Source: Monocercomonoides exilis PA203
Taxonomy: Eukaryota; Protista; Preaxostyla
Reading direction: 5' to 3'
DNA length: 64,000 bases
Assembly (NCBI GenBank): GCA_001643675.2
Contig: LSRY02000021.1
Coordinates: 620,001-684,000 of the forward strand
Positions 38,001 to 51,700 of this stretch are shown here, piece after piece; position 1 is the first letter of the stretch, and each line of letters opens with the position of its first letter. The notes under the pieces were generated by a model, which worked only from the letters and a program-made list of their open reading frames with translations, was not told the DNA's origin and searched no databases. The position numbers and the translations under genes were made by a program.

Positions 38001-40547
38001 CCAGCTGCTTCGTCGGGTTGCGGAATTTGCAAGATATCATTTTGCAAGCTCATTATTCCTCCTTCTTCTTTCAATCTAATTTGTTCATTGGAAAATTCAT
38101 TGAGAATATCAAGCACTTTACTCAGAATGTGTTTAGTGGATGAGCACAAAGTGACAAGCTCTGAGGAAGAAGCAGAAAATGAAAGAGAATTCCGCATCTC
38201 GGTTGATGCTTCATGGGGCATTGAAGCAGCCTCTATGCACACAGCACAGCCAGCCAGCAGAAGAGAGGACAAAAGCTGGCTGGAAAGGAAATGGTGGTAA
38301 GAAGGTTCTTGTTTATTGCTGTTGTTGTTGCTGTTGATACTACCACTACTGATGTTACTAATGCTGCTGCTAATGCAATAGATATTATTAGCTTCGCTTG
38401 CTTTTCTTGCTTCGCTTTCTTTGTTTTCTTTGTTTTCTTTGTTTTCTTCACATTCTTTGTTTAATTCGTTTGCTGTCATTTCATTGCTGGTTAATATGCT
38501 TTGTTTGTTTGTCTGATGAAATGGCAGCAGTGCAAAATACGAACAATGGGGAGGTTTGTATAAGGAAGGGAATAATGAATTAGAAGAAAAAGAGGAGGAG
38601 TAGGAGGAGGAAAAGGAAGAGGAAGAGGAAGAAGAAGAAGAAGAAAGAAATGATGATGATTGAAACTTCTGAGGCGATTCATTCAAAATTTTGAGAAATT
38701 TCGGAAAATACTCAAAGAATAGAGAAGTATTGAAGTCGTTTGGCGAAAGCTGAAAAGAAGAGAAAATATCTTTCAATGTTCTTTTTGCGCATTCTGAAAA
38801 GGAGACAGACAAATGTGGTAGATCAAACAAAGAAGAAGAAGATGATGATGATGATGAAGATGAAGAAGAAGAAGATGATGATGATAATGATATTGTTGTT
38901 GTTGATTGGACATTTTGTTTCTTTTGCGGAGTCTCAACAGAAAATTGAAAAGAGCTGGCTGTTTGTTCAGAACTCTTCGTGTGCCCTGCAAATTCGGAAG
39001 GCGAATGAAAAGTCGGAACTAGCATCGAACTGGCCTGAAAAGCATCAATAAGATCATCATCAACTTCATTACCATCTTCTTCTTCTTTGTCTTTTTCTCT
39101 ATCACAGCAACAAAACGACTCTTTTCTGCATTCACAGCGAAGACGTCTGATGTTACTGAAAAACTTGCCCAGCTGTGTCTGTGCTGACTGAATGTTGTTT
39201 GAATTGTTTGTGTTGTTCGTGTTGAAAAAGAAAAGCGAAGCGAAAATGGCTTCTGAAACATAACCAGATGACAAAAGGTGTGTGAGTGCTTCATGACATG
39301 TGTATTCCAATGAATTCCAAAAAATAGAGAAAGAAGAGGAAGAAGGTTTGGAGCGAAGAGAATTTGAATTCAATTCAGATGAAAGTGGAGATGTGCAGTG
39401 TGATTGAAGTGGCTGCAGCAGCAGCAGCTGTTGTTGTTGCTGGGCTGTCAAAAGTGTTTGTGTTGTGTGTTCATCCAAGAAAGGCATATAAAACAATGGC
39501 GAGAGAGGGAATAAAGACATCAATTCTTCAGCCACATTCAGAAGGCGCTTTGTGCAAATTGAGGGTACTTTTTCCAAATATTGATTGAACACAAAAGCAC
39601 ACTTGTTGAATAGAAGCATCTGTGTGTGGAATATAAATGAGCGATGAAGAAAATATGAACGCAAATTTTCTATGCTATCTTTAATATGAGATTGGTTACA
39701 TTTCTGCGAAAATGGGCTACATCCCAATGTCAAAGCATCTTGGAACACGAAAGACGTCAGCGTAGCAGAGAAGGTTGGAAAATAAAGAAGAGAAAAAATC
39801 TGTCGAGACTCGGCAGAAAAGCATTGAAGAAGCAAAACTAATGAACTTTGAGCTTCATCCAGAAATTGACTTAAAGATTGACGACCCGTAGTTGCATTTG
39901 AAGAGATGTCCGATAAACCAACCATTGGCTTTTCAATTAATTGATTGGAAGAAAATGAACTTTGAAACTCACTAAATTCATATACCATCCATGAAAGGTC
40001 TCCATTTATTTTTTCAATGCTAAGAATTTCCTTCAGCTTAGTCATAATATTTGTTTGGTTGAGCAATTTTTGGACTGGCATCATTAGCTTTTTTGTCGAA
40101 AGTAATTCAAAAAAGTTTGGCTGAGCCTGTGTTGAATTTGCAAGCGAAGTCATTATATTCTTTATTATAATGAAGAAAATAAAATTAGAAAAATAAAAAA
40201 GATAACAAAATTAAAAATTAATTTGTTCAAACGAAAACTTTCATTATGGAAACAGAATTTTCATCATCCAAAAATTGACTCCACATAGGACTTGAAAAAA
40301 TCTCTTTCAAAACATCAATTTCGCTAATGATTCTTTGTTGAAGATTCGGAGAAAGTTGAGGTAGGAAAATTGTTACAATAGTTCTAATCCATTGATGATT
40401 GTCATTTGGAAAAATATAATCAAAATGGTTCTGTTCAAGTAAGTGTATTAAATTATAGCTTCCGTCTATATTTATATTTGCAAATCTGTGTTGGCATTTA
40501 CAAAATAGTTCAATTAAATCTGCAATAACAGAATTTTTGAAAGACAT
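32603..40547 (-). CDS. Hypothetical ~2600-aa extremely Ser-rich low-complexity protein; probable intron 40160-40232
   Basis: 7.5-kb open frame. The upstream ORF 40227-40547 joins in phase 0 via GTTTGA...AAG. A helical-looking N-terminal part is followed by poly-S, (SP)n and (KE)n tracts. No domain recognised. Confidence 0.75.
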
Positions 40548-40887
40548 TAACCCTTAAATAATTTTATCAGCAATTTGGAAATTTTGTCTATTACATTAAA
40601 TTAAAATTTTATTATTATTATTATTTGTGATTGACAATTGGAGCCTTTCTACAACTTTATCACGAGAAAAAAAAAGATGATATTAAAAAATTTTTTTATC
40701 TGTTTTTTTGTAAAAAGATAAATGAATCGTTCATTTCAAATGCCTTCTTTTCTCAATATGAAATTCAACAAATCTATTGCAATTCGAAATTTACTTTTCT
40801 GAACAGAACTGTTTCCATAATTATTTTGTTTTTGATTATTATGTTGGGAGGATCATTTCAACAAAGTTTATCAAAGTGCTTTAATAA

Positions 40888-43220
40888 ATGTCTTCTGAAG
40901 AAAATAATACCAATGAAGACCTTAAAGCTGGAATTGATATTCCAGAGCAATTGGAAAGCTATTGTGTTGCGTGTGGTGAAAACGGAGTAACAAGCCTTCT
41001 GACAAGAACAATTCCTTTTTTCCGTGACGTCATATTAGCTGCATTTTATTGCCCACATTGCGGATTTAGATCTTCAGATTTGCAGTCAATGTCCTTTTCG
41101 GAAAGAGGATGTCGATTCGAACTTTCAGTCACGGATTCAGAAGATTTTGATAGAGAAGTGATTCGCACAGAATATGCGACAGTTAGCATTCCTGAATTAG
41201 ATTTTGAAGTCCCTGCAAATACTGGAAGGAAAGGAGATATTAACACTGTTGAAGGAATTGTTAGGTCAATTGCAGAACAGTTGGAAGAACTTCAACCGCT
41301 TCGTAGAGTATGGAATTAATATATTTGAAGTTGAATGATGTTTATGATTTATATGTTCAATCTTTGAAAAGATACAACAACCAGAAGTCGCTGCTCAGTT
41401 GGATGCTTTTATTGAAAAAGTGAAAAATTTGTTGGAACGAAAAACTCCATTTACGCTTATAATTGATGATCCATCTGGAAACAGTTTCGTACAGAATCCA
41501 CAAGCACCAAAGCCTGATCCTAAAATCAAATCGTCTGTATACGTTAGATCAAAAGAGCAAAATGAATTTTTGGGAATCAATATTGGAGAGGAACTTGGTG
41601 TGATAGACTTTTTTTTTTAATAATTGAGGTGCATATAATTTAAAATATTATTTTGCTTAGAAGCAGCGGGAACTCAGGAGCCAGCTCAGAATACTCAAAA
41701 GAAAGAAGCTAAGCAATCAATTCCGAAAGGTATGATTGTTTTTATTTTCTCATTTTTTGAATTGTATTGATTTGTTTGCACTTGTGTGTTTTCAATATTA
41801 ACACATAATTCTGTATGATTCATCCGGTGCAATGTCATTTCGTTCAATGTTATATTGCGTGCAATTTTTTTTTAGCCTCAAATCTGATTGATGCTGCTTC
41901 ATATGCTGCAATGGAATCTCGTGCCATGAAAGTTGCATCAGAAGACGATATTGTTGAGATTCCCGAAGAGTGTCCAATGTGCCACAAAAAAAACAGCTCT
42001 CTTCGGATGATCACGGCAGACATCCCACTTTTCAAAGAGATCGTTCTTATGGCTTATACTTGCACCGATTGCGGGTATAGAAATACGGAGGTGTGAAAAT
42101 AATTGAAAAAGCGTTGTTTAAATAATGTATGAAAAGAGAGAAAAACTGGTTTCGTTTAATTGCTTTGTGGGAAATGAGAATTTGTATTTTAGAATGAAAA
42201 AAAAGAGTAATATTGATGTTCTAAACGAGCAAATGTTTTTTTTTATTTTAAAATTTCATACCTTTTATATTGTATTTATTGTATTTATTTCAAAATTTTC
42301 TTTATATTTGAAGGTGAAATCTGGTGGAATTATATCAAAAACTGGACGCATTCATAAACTTAAAGTGACAAGAATCGAAGATTTGAGCAGGGACGTTCTG
42401 AAGGTTTTTCTTCTTCTTCTTCTTCTCTGTAATTTATATCTTTATTTTCGCAATATAACTTGAATTTTCTGGAAATGTATTTGATTGCTTAACATTTGCT
42501 TCAGTCTGACACTGCATTCATGATTATACCTGAACTTGATTTTGAGGTGACTGTTGGGTCTTTGGGAGGAGTCTTTACGACTGTTGAGGTATTTTTTTTT
42601 TTTAGTTTTCTCAAATTTTTCTTTTTAATTCATGATCCATTAATTTTGAAAATGCATATAATATTTTTATTCCTCTATTTTTTTAAATAATTATTTGCTT
42701 TGTTATTATTTTTACAAATAATTTTAAATTTTTTGTTTCTTTTTCCATTTGTGAAGGGCATTATTTTGAAAGCAAGAGATCATCTGGCTGGTCGATCGTT
42801 CTCCACAGGAGATAGCGGAGATGCCGAGAAAAAGAAAGAATTCGAAGAGTTTTTGTCAAAGTTAGAGAAGGTCTGGCATTGTTCCTTATCTTTATAATAA
42901 TAATAATATATATATTGAATAATCATAAAATTTTCTATTTAACATTGGTTATTAACAATTTTTTTTTGTTTTTAAAGTTTTCTCGCCTTGAACTTGGTCC
43001 ATTTACACTTATCATAAATGACTGCTTGGCAAACTCCTACATACAAGATTTGTATCATCCTGAACCCGATCCATATCTTTTGGTTGAGGATTATGAAAGA
43101 ACTCACGAGCAGAATGAGGAGCTTGGGCTTCTTGATATGAAAGTGGATGGATACGATGAAGAACAGCCTTCAAGCTCTTCGTCTAATGAAAATGAAAGTA
43201 AAGACGAAAAATCTGAATAG
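40888..43220 (+). CDS. ZPR1: Zinc finger protein ZPR1 (8 exons)
   Basis: Two ZPR1 modules: [10 protein letters not shown]...[19 protein letters not shown]...D.DREV...IPELDFEVP...G...TVEGI...[10 protein letters not shown], and ECPMC...[11 protein letters not shown]...[15 protein letters not shown]...[12 protein letters not shown]...[10 protein letters not shown]...ANSYIQ...[15 protein letters not shown]. Seven GT-AG introns join in frame (first at 41308-41371). Confidence 0.95.
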
Positions 43221-44229
43221 TAAAAAAAGTTTATAAATACTTACAATAATTATCAAAATTATTATTTATTTGATATTTGATTGAAACATAGTTGAATCGA
43301 GCTGATAAAAATAAAAGCCTTTGAGCTTCTACGTTTCATTTAGAATTTCGGGTTTTGTTTTTTATTTATGCTCAATATTCAACAGTGTATCAACATAGAC
43401 ATTTTTTAACAATTTTTTCTGAAGATAAGCAGCATTTGGCTTTTGTGGCATGATAAAAATATTTTCAAATGATTTCAATGTTAAGCAGGTGTTGAAAGTT
43501 GAATATACTCAATAAAACTTTTTGTTGTTTTTTCGGAAGGCACAGAAAAGTTTTTTCATGATGAAAATAATTTGGCACTCTACAACTGTAAGTTCATAAA
43601 AAGTTATTCAATCATTTTTATTCTCTCTGAAAAAGTTAGCGTTATGTAAGATCATGTTCAGCCAATTAGGTGATTATTTTTTAAATCAAAAAATCTTTCT
43701 GATTATCGAATATTCCAAGGTTTTTCATCACCAGCCAAATTCACTTTATCCAAATGTTGAATGCATGGCTATTATTACAAAAACAAGAGTTCTATATGAT
43801 AAAATTGTAGTCAAGTCATAATAGAGATTCATCGTTTTTTTGTATTCATTTCTGAATATTCAATACAAATAAACAAACAGTCTTTTTTTATCAGAAAAAA
43901 TATTGTTTTAAATATAATTACCCAATTGTAATTATTATGTTGTCATTCAAGTCAGTGAATCATATTTCTTTCTTTTTTTAAAATGATATTCAAATATGAC
44001 CAATCATCCTTTCACTTCCTATATCAAAAACACAGCCTTTATCATCTTTCACATTTTTCAATATCAGATGAGTTTTCAATCACATGTTTCCTTCTATCAT
44101 GCCTCTTTGGAAAAATTTTTATTCTGTTCATCATCAGTGATTATTATTTTTGTTTCAATATCTTTTTTGAGGGAATTGATTATTTATTCATTTGAATTCA
44201 TCAGTAACATCATTCCATTATTATGTGGG

Positions 44230-45290
44230 TAATTACACCAAAAATTATTCAAGATCAAAAAAACTTCATTCAAACTCGAAAATACTTCATCATCAAAAAA
44301 TTAGAAAAAAATCATAAAATTCAAACTCAAGTCAGTTTCTTTTCTTTCAGTTACAGATATCGCATAAAATACCGGACATCGCACATAATACCGGACAAGG
44401 TCGATTTCACAATAACAGCAAAAAGAAAATATCTGACAATTTTCCTCAAAATATATATGATCAGTACAAACTCATTTAACATACAAAACTTTCAAAATAG
44501 CTTCATTTGTGCTCAGAATAAAATATTTTTAAAATCTCGGAGAAACTCAAAATCCTATTTCTCCGAGAATTATATAATAATTTTTTTTCTGAGCATAAAC
44601 GAGGAAGTTTTGAAAATCTTGAATATCACATGAGTTTGTATTGATGAAATATATTTTGAGGAAATTAAACAGAATTATTCCTCTTGTTGTTATTGTGAAA
44701 TCGATCTTGTCCGGTATTTTGTGCGATATCCGGTATTTTATGCGATATCTGTATTGATCTGAGAAATTCGTCAATTTCAATTAGAAAAAATATTTTTTGA
44801 TATTATTTTCGGTGTTAGATTGTGCGAAATAGTGTCAATAGGATAAAACTGAGAAATAATTAAACTCTTCACATGTGTTCAGAGACTATCAGGTATTTAT
44901 GAAAAAAAACAAAAAGTGATTAATAAGTTCATGATCTTGTTTTGTGCACAAAAAGACAGAAATTTATATCATTTACTGAAAACAAGATGTTTTGTATTTC
45001 ATTTATTGGATTGGAAACTAATAAAATAATTCGTTTTCAATCTTCGAAATGAGTAAAGAATTGATTGACATCAATCTTTATCATAGAAAGCAGTAAAAAA
45101 AAAATAAAAGAAAACCATTTCCAATTAATAAACATTTGTTTCAATCAACATTTGTATCAATGTGATTTTTTTGGTCTTGACTTGAATCGAAATTCTGAAC
45201 TTATTAACTTCTTTTTCGATGTTGAATTAAACTTTTTCGATTTCGAATTAAAGTTATTCGATGTTGAATAATTTTTGGTGTATTTTTGAA
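44230..45290. repeat. Older inverted-repeat pair (44230-44335 vs 45178-45285) with degenerate ~21-bp subrepeats
   Basis: TTGAATAATTTTTGGTGTA occurs on + at ~45264 and on - at ~44234-44252. The similarity extends ~105 bp. Confidence 0.6.
44340..44769. mobile_element. ~430-bp palindromic (foldback) element, family B, best-preserved copy
   Basis: Arms of about 200 bp are complementary up to the central stem CTCGGAGAAA-12nt-TTTCTCCGAG. Each arm has two tandem 19-bp subterminal repeats (GAYATCGCAYAWAATACCG). Flanked by GTCAGTTTC (44331-39) and GTCAATTTC (44770-78). Confidence 0.85.
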
Positions 45291-45770
45291 ATCGTAACTT
45301 TTTTCGGGATGATGAGTATGATGAAAATTTGTTTTCAAAGAAAATGAATTTGTCAGTGAAATGCAATAATCATTTCAATTGAATCGAAAACCAATATTAA
45401 ATGATAAAGAAAGACAGAGATGATTTTAAAAGGAGTTATCACTGTTCTATGTTCATTAACTTATATTAAAAACAAAATCATAAAACCGAATTATTTGATC
45501 GTAAATATTTGATTTCAGAAATAATCACCTGTTTCGAAAGAAAATGTCAAGAGGTCGGTTTTTTGTACAAGTGTGGGTTTTGGACATAACTATTATTTAA
45601 ATAATATTTAAAAATTTGTTTTAATTCATATTCAACAAAAATTTGAAAGAATGAAATATTATTTATGAATGTGTGTAATTTATTAACGTTCAAATTTATT
45701 CTTTTGTTATCTGCAATCACAAATGTCATAACCTTTATATTTATCAATTAAAGAATTTGTTTGGAAAGAT

Positions 45771-48700
45771 ATGTATTGGAATGTTATATTCGTTTTATTT
45801 TGCTTGAATTTAACTGAAGACATTACAGTGGCATACATTTCTGATAATGGAAATGGATTATGTGCATCAGAACTACAACCTTGCAAATCCTTCGAAGAAG
45901 CATTTTCTGTGATGGATACAAAATGCAGTCACATATTAACTGTGAAAGTTGTTGCGGAAATTACTTTGCACAACAATATTTTGTTTAATTTTTTGGATCC
46001 AGGAATGGAAATACGATCATCGTCAAATTCTCTTTCAAAAATAATTTTTCCAGAAGTTATAAAACATGCCGAGTTAAATAATTATCCCCTTGAAAACGAA
46101 TATCATTTAACGATAACTAACATTGAAATTATACAGCCACCTGTTTTGTTTAAAGAAGATAAAGCGAAAAAATATGGAATAATTCTTTCTTGGCATTCAC
46201 TTTCAATGACTGACTGCAAATTGTCGTTTGACAATCCCAATAATGCTAATGTTGAAACGTGCCGTTTTTATATAAATGGATACTTTTCGTTGGTGAGATT
46301 AACAATTGACACAACAAAAGCGCACACTTTTTCAGTTGACATGTTTGACGGAAGAGCTTCTCAACTGAAAATGGAAATTTCCGATTGCATATTTTCTGAT
46401 ATGACTTTTATGAAAGGATCTTTCCTTTGTCTGGATGGTGAGATGCTTTCAATAACAAACTGCACTTTTCAAAATATTACTGGTTTGGGAAGTTATGCTC
46501 CTATTATTATGAATATTGAATCAGAAAATGATATTGAAAAGTCATTTATTCTGAACAACTCGACCTTGGAAAATTGTAAAGCACTAAACTCAAAAAAAGG
46601 AGGTGCAATGAAAATTTTGCTTGATAAACGATCCACATTAACAGCAAAAGGATCACAAACATTATTCAAGAGTTGTGGCTGTGACGCAACAAAAACTGGA
46701 AAAGGAGGTGGCATTTATATTGCTGGTGATTTGGACGTTGAACTGATGTTTGAAAAAGAAATTAGATTTGAAGATAACGAAGCAGCTGTGGGGAAGAATA
46801 TGTTTTTATATTGCTTGCAACTGGAAGCTGTCGTTCAAAGGGATCATTTCATGTTTGCGGCAGATGCAAACGGAGAGTTTACTTGGAAGGAAAACGAACT
46901 TATTGGCTTAGCGCGTTCAGGTGAAATCGAAAAAAATCTGAATTTATTCATGTTTTTGTGCAAAATAAAGAGAACAAGTGTTTATATTTCACAAAACGGA
47001 AGTGATACATTTTATTGCGGAGAGACGATTTATCCATGTGAAAGCGTTGAATTTAGCGTTTCTCAATTCGAAATCAAGAATACAGACACAAAGACTTTGT
47101 ATTTTCCAGAATTGTCAACAATATCGTTGAAAAAAGCGATCAAATTGGAAAAGGAATTAAGCTCCGTGGCCTTTTCCGTTGCAGGAGCATCCACGCAAAC
47201 AAATGATGAGCAAATGGCAAAGCTCAAAATTGAGTCGAGCGTTGAAGCACTTTCGGATGAATGCCACGGTTGTGTGAATTGTTATTGCACTTCTTCATTC
47301 AGTTTAGTTCAGTTTGAGTTGCCTGAAAAATTCACTTCTCCAGGCATTTTACCTTCGTCTGTGATAAGTTGGAATTTCGATGAGCATTCCGCTACTCTTT
47401 TCTTGGACAAATGTATCATTTGTGCTACTGAAAACGTTTTTAAGCCTTTGAAATACAAGTTTTTGTGCGGAGATGGGGGAAATGTAAAGATTGTTGACTT
47501 TCAGATGATTGGAAAAGATGAGTTGAAGATTCCGATGGGATGGGAAGAGAGTCCTTTTTTGATAAACAAAGTTAGTGGTGATCTGACAATAAGCGGATTG
47601 ACAATGGAAAGAATTGAAGTTATCGATGGAGCATGTGTGAGTGTTACGAGCAGTGGAGAAAGCAGTGAATTGAAGGTGAGCATCGCCAACTCATCTTTTA
47701 AGTCAATCACAAGTACATGCGGGAAAGAAGGAGGCGCGTTGAGCATTAAGCTGGCTGAAGAAAATGCAGCTTTTCAGTTAAAAGGAAATGACCCAACTTC
47801 TTTCACGTCTTGTGCAGCGGAAGGATGCCAATCAAAAGGAGGAGGGCTGTTTCTCGAGATGACTGGAGAAAACTCGCTTTTTCAAGTGCCGAAGTCGTCT
47901 TCTTTTGTCGTGTTTGGAAAAGGGAACAGAGCGACATTTGGAACAGGAATGTATTTTGTGTGGGATAACCTGCAGACGAAAAAAGAGGATCTTACGCCAC
48001 TCGGAGAAGGACTTGCCGCAGCTGAAAACGTTATCGCAGTGTGCGACAGAGGAGCCATGGAGAAAGAACTGGATCTGTTTGTATACCTGAAAGAGATCAA
48101 CAACACTGCAAAAAGCGACATTGTATACGCTGGGAAGAGCAACAGAGCTGAATTGTGCTTCATTGAAGAGTATCCGTGTCATCTCATTTCGACAGCAATG
48201 AAGCATTTTGCAGCAGATGACAGGCAGAAGCAAATAATTGTCTGCGGAGAAGTGGAAATTGAGACTGACATTGTTTGGGGAAGCACTGCAAACAAGGAAA
48301 TCGTGATTTCTTCACTTCCGTTTGATGAAGTTCATTCAAGAAATGTTGACCATAGTCATTTTGTGAATGCACAAAGCTCAAGGAAATCACAGAAAAACAA
48401 CCAATTTGAAAGAAGCAGAATGATTTTAGCGGCAAACACGGTTGTGAAAGCGCAAGGCGATGCTGCCATTAAAAACACACAAACATTAACCATTGAACAC
48501 ATAACATTTCTGATTAATGAATTGAAAAAAGACTTGCACCCCTCGTGTTTAATTTCATCTGGTGGTTCAACAGCGGAATTACAGTCACAATCAATCAAAG
48601 AAATGAATACATCAGGACTTTACAACAAAGCTGAATGCTATTTGATTTTGACAGGCGTGTCCGTGTCACCTGATATTGGTACAGAGCGCGTAACAACTTT

Positions 48701-51700
48701 GGACAGCTTGCTCGAAATTAACTCTGGGAATCTTTTGATTTCAGGATTGCAAGTTTCATCTCTATTTTCGTTTGTTAAATCTCCGTTTTTATTAGCTGAT
48801 ATACTGACTTCAGTGAAGCTATCCGCACTGAAATTTGGATCTGTAGCAACTTCATTTTTTTCATCGCTTTCTTCATCCTCTGTTGCAGTCAGCAATAATA
48901 ACTACAACTATTTAATTGTGCAGGACGGGTCGCTTATCGAGATTAACCGCAACACAATCAACCTGAACGGAGATTTCTCTTTCATCGAGTCTGCAAATGA
49001 TCCAGCACTGATAAAGATTGGAAAGGAAGGGCATGCCATTATTTCTAACAGCCACATTGCACGATGTCTTAACGGAGCTGCAAATGAAGGCAAAGGAGGA
49101 GCATTTGAAGTTTGTTCAAATGGAGAGCTTGTACTCAGAAAGACAGTAATTGAAAGCTGCGGAATGAAAAACGAAGGAGGCTGCGGGGGTGCTATTTGCA
49201 TAACAGGAAGTGCTGAACTGGAACTTCATTCATGTGTCATTAAAGATTGCTTTACTGGAAAAGGCGGAAAGGGCTGCGGAGGAGGGTTATTTATCGATAA
49301 AGATATTAGCGAATTTATAAGTAATGAGACAATCATCAGTGGATGCACCACATATGGCGGGTGTGGAGGAGGGATTTATGTGAATGTTAAGACAGAAGGA
49401 AGTCTGATACAAGCGCAAATCAAAATAACATTTGAAGGAAATGGGAGAGAAGAAGAGGATGCTCCTGCAAAAGGGAAAGATGCTTTTATTAGCGACACAC
49501 AAGCGACCGAGATGACAGCAGAAGCAAATCCGTTTTATTTGTGCGGAACGAGCGAAGTTGGAAGAAAAGTGTATTATTCGAACTTGGCGATTGAGCCAGC
49601 GGTGGAAAAAGAGGAGGAAGGATGGCTCAGCCACGACAGCAGGAAGAGGAAAGTGAACACGAATGAAGGAACAGCCGATGCGAATTGCGGACTATCCAAC
49701 GAACAGCCTTGCAAAACGATCAAAACAGCAATAGACCTGTTTCCAGCACAAGTCGGAGCTGGCGATGATACTGAGAAGACTGTTGAACTTACTGAAGAAA
49801 ACGATGAAAGTGAGAAGGAGACGATTCTTGTAAGCAAAAAGAAAGTTGCAATTGAAGGCAAACTAAGAGAAGATCGGAGAATTGCTTCAATAATTATCAC
49901 AAACCTCGAAGTCGCAGGCACATTATTCGCAATTGATACAGACGGAACACTGAACTTGAAGAATGCTCAAATAACACACAATTCAAAACACGAAGAGAAT
50001 TGCCAGTCTTCTCTCTTTCAAGTGAATGAAGGCTCACAACGAGCGAACCTGATTCTTCAGAACATTCAGATATCAACAGAAGCAGATTACAGCTTTAACA
50101 AGCATTTCACAGCTTCTCTTATAAAGTCTTACAGTGGAAAAGTACGAATTTCTGATATTTCAATCAGCTCGTTCTGCTTGGAACAGCCGGCTATCAACAT
50201 CGTCGGTGCAACTTCTTCGTTTTTCATTGGAGGAAATTCAACAATGAAACATTTAAGTCAACCAATAGCCGATTCACCAGCTGGTATTCTTATTAACACA
50301 GGCGATGAGCCTATTGATGTGGCAATTGAAGGCATAAGCATTGTTGATGCAAATGCGCCTGCTTCGAAAAAAGGAGGTGGCATTTGTGTTTTGCTGAATG
50401 ATGAAAGCAGCTCATTTCATCTGTGCCATGAGGAAGCAATCAGCTCAGAAGAGAAAGTTTCTTTGAGTGGATGTAGAGCTTCAGGTGAAACAGGAAAAGG
50501 AGGGTGCATTCACCTTTCAATGAAGCAGAGTGTGGATGTGAAGTTTCCAAAGTACAAAGCAAATATCCTTTTTGACTCGGAAGGAGATGTGAAAAGCAAC
50601 GCGGCTAAAGGGAAATATTTATTTTTTGAAGCAAAAAGCTTGTTGAACTGCGTTAACAGCGAAAATTTTGGCTTTTTGGTAGAAGATTACGAAATGTACG
50701 GAGACTGGCCAAATTTGATTGGATGCGACGAAGCAGAATTTGCGAATGAAGAAATAGAATTGTTCAAACTCATCTTTGCGACATCCGAAAACGTTATAAA
50801 AGTTGATGCAAAAGACGGCAAAGATGTGAAATGGTGCGGAAGAAAGCACAAATGCAAGAGCTTTTCATACGGAGTCAGCCATTTAGATTTCAAATCTGCG
50901 AATCCGTCGCTGTTTCTGCTAGGAAGCAGTCCGTTTTCTGTTACTGAGCAGCTTGTAGTCAAAGGCTGTGAAAGAAATTTCAGAATTTGTAGCGACAGTT
51001 CGTCTGATGCGAAAGCGAATCTTGTTTTTGCAGCTGAATTTTCTTTGCCTGTCAACGAAGATGATTCGAAAGAGAGCTGCATTTTGTTTGAGGCAGGCGC
51101 TGAGCTTGAAAATATCATCATTTCGGTGCCTGAAATGTTTGAAACGTACGATTTGGTACAACCACAGACAATTTTGGAAATGAGAGGCTCTAGTGAGTGT
51201 CTCAAACTGAACAAGGTGACTTTTGCTCAGAGAGAAAACAAAACGGAAAGCGAATTACAAAACAGTTATATTTTAAGGAAAGATGGCTCAACGAAAACGA
51301 TCCATTCAACAACTGATCTTGGATCTGAATATCGTTTGGTGCTAATAAACGACGGTTCTGCGGAATTTGTTGAGGTGAAGCTGGAAAAGCCAGAAACCAA
51401 AGATTTTTTGCTCTTTCATTCTTCTCCGTTCTTCTTTTTTGTGAGCAGTGGCGGACATTGCTCTCTTTCCAGCTGCAAGTTCAGCGGCATCAAAGTCACA
51501 ACAGCAAAAGAAGCAGTTGTTGAAATGAAGTCATGTGAAGGCGCTAAAAAGGGAGCAACATTTACAATCGGAAAATGCTCATTTTCCGATTGCGTTTCGA
51601 GCAAAGGAGTAGAAGGAGGGGCTTTGAGCATCAAGTCTTCTTTGGACACTTCTCGAATCAGATTTCTGGATGATGGGCCAACAAAGTTTTCAAAATGTGA

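Noticed and set aside
32632-39051. Plus-strand Glu/Arg/Lys-rich ORFs and alternative-frame poly-Leu ORFs
   Set aside because: These are shadows of the TCT/TCC repeats of the minus-strand gene, with no independent coding signal.
43400-44230. Possible decayed coding or transposase sequence on the minus strand
   Set aside because: Many stops and no convincing motif order, so I could not assign a family by eye.
44356-44400. 19-bp repeats (and ~21-bp repeats at 45205-45270) as a CRISPR array
   Set aside because: Adjacent tandem copies without spacers, no cas genes, eukaryotic context.
44223-44780. Opposed ORFs 44223-44633(+) and 44547-44780(-) with similar peptides (YRYRIKYR...PDK.DFTIT)
   Set aside because: They are a by-product of the palindrome, with no recognisable protein features.
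45157-45747. Small minus-strand gene upstream of the surface protein
   Set aside because: Short AT-rich ORFs partly overlapping an inverted-repeat arm, with no homology or consistent splice model.
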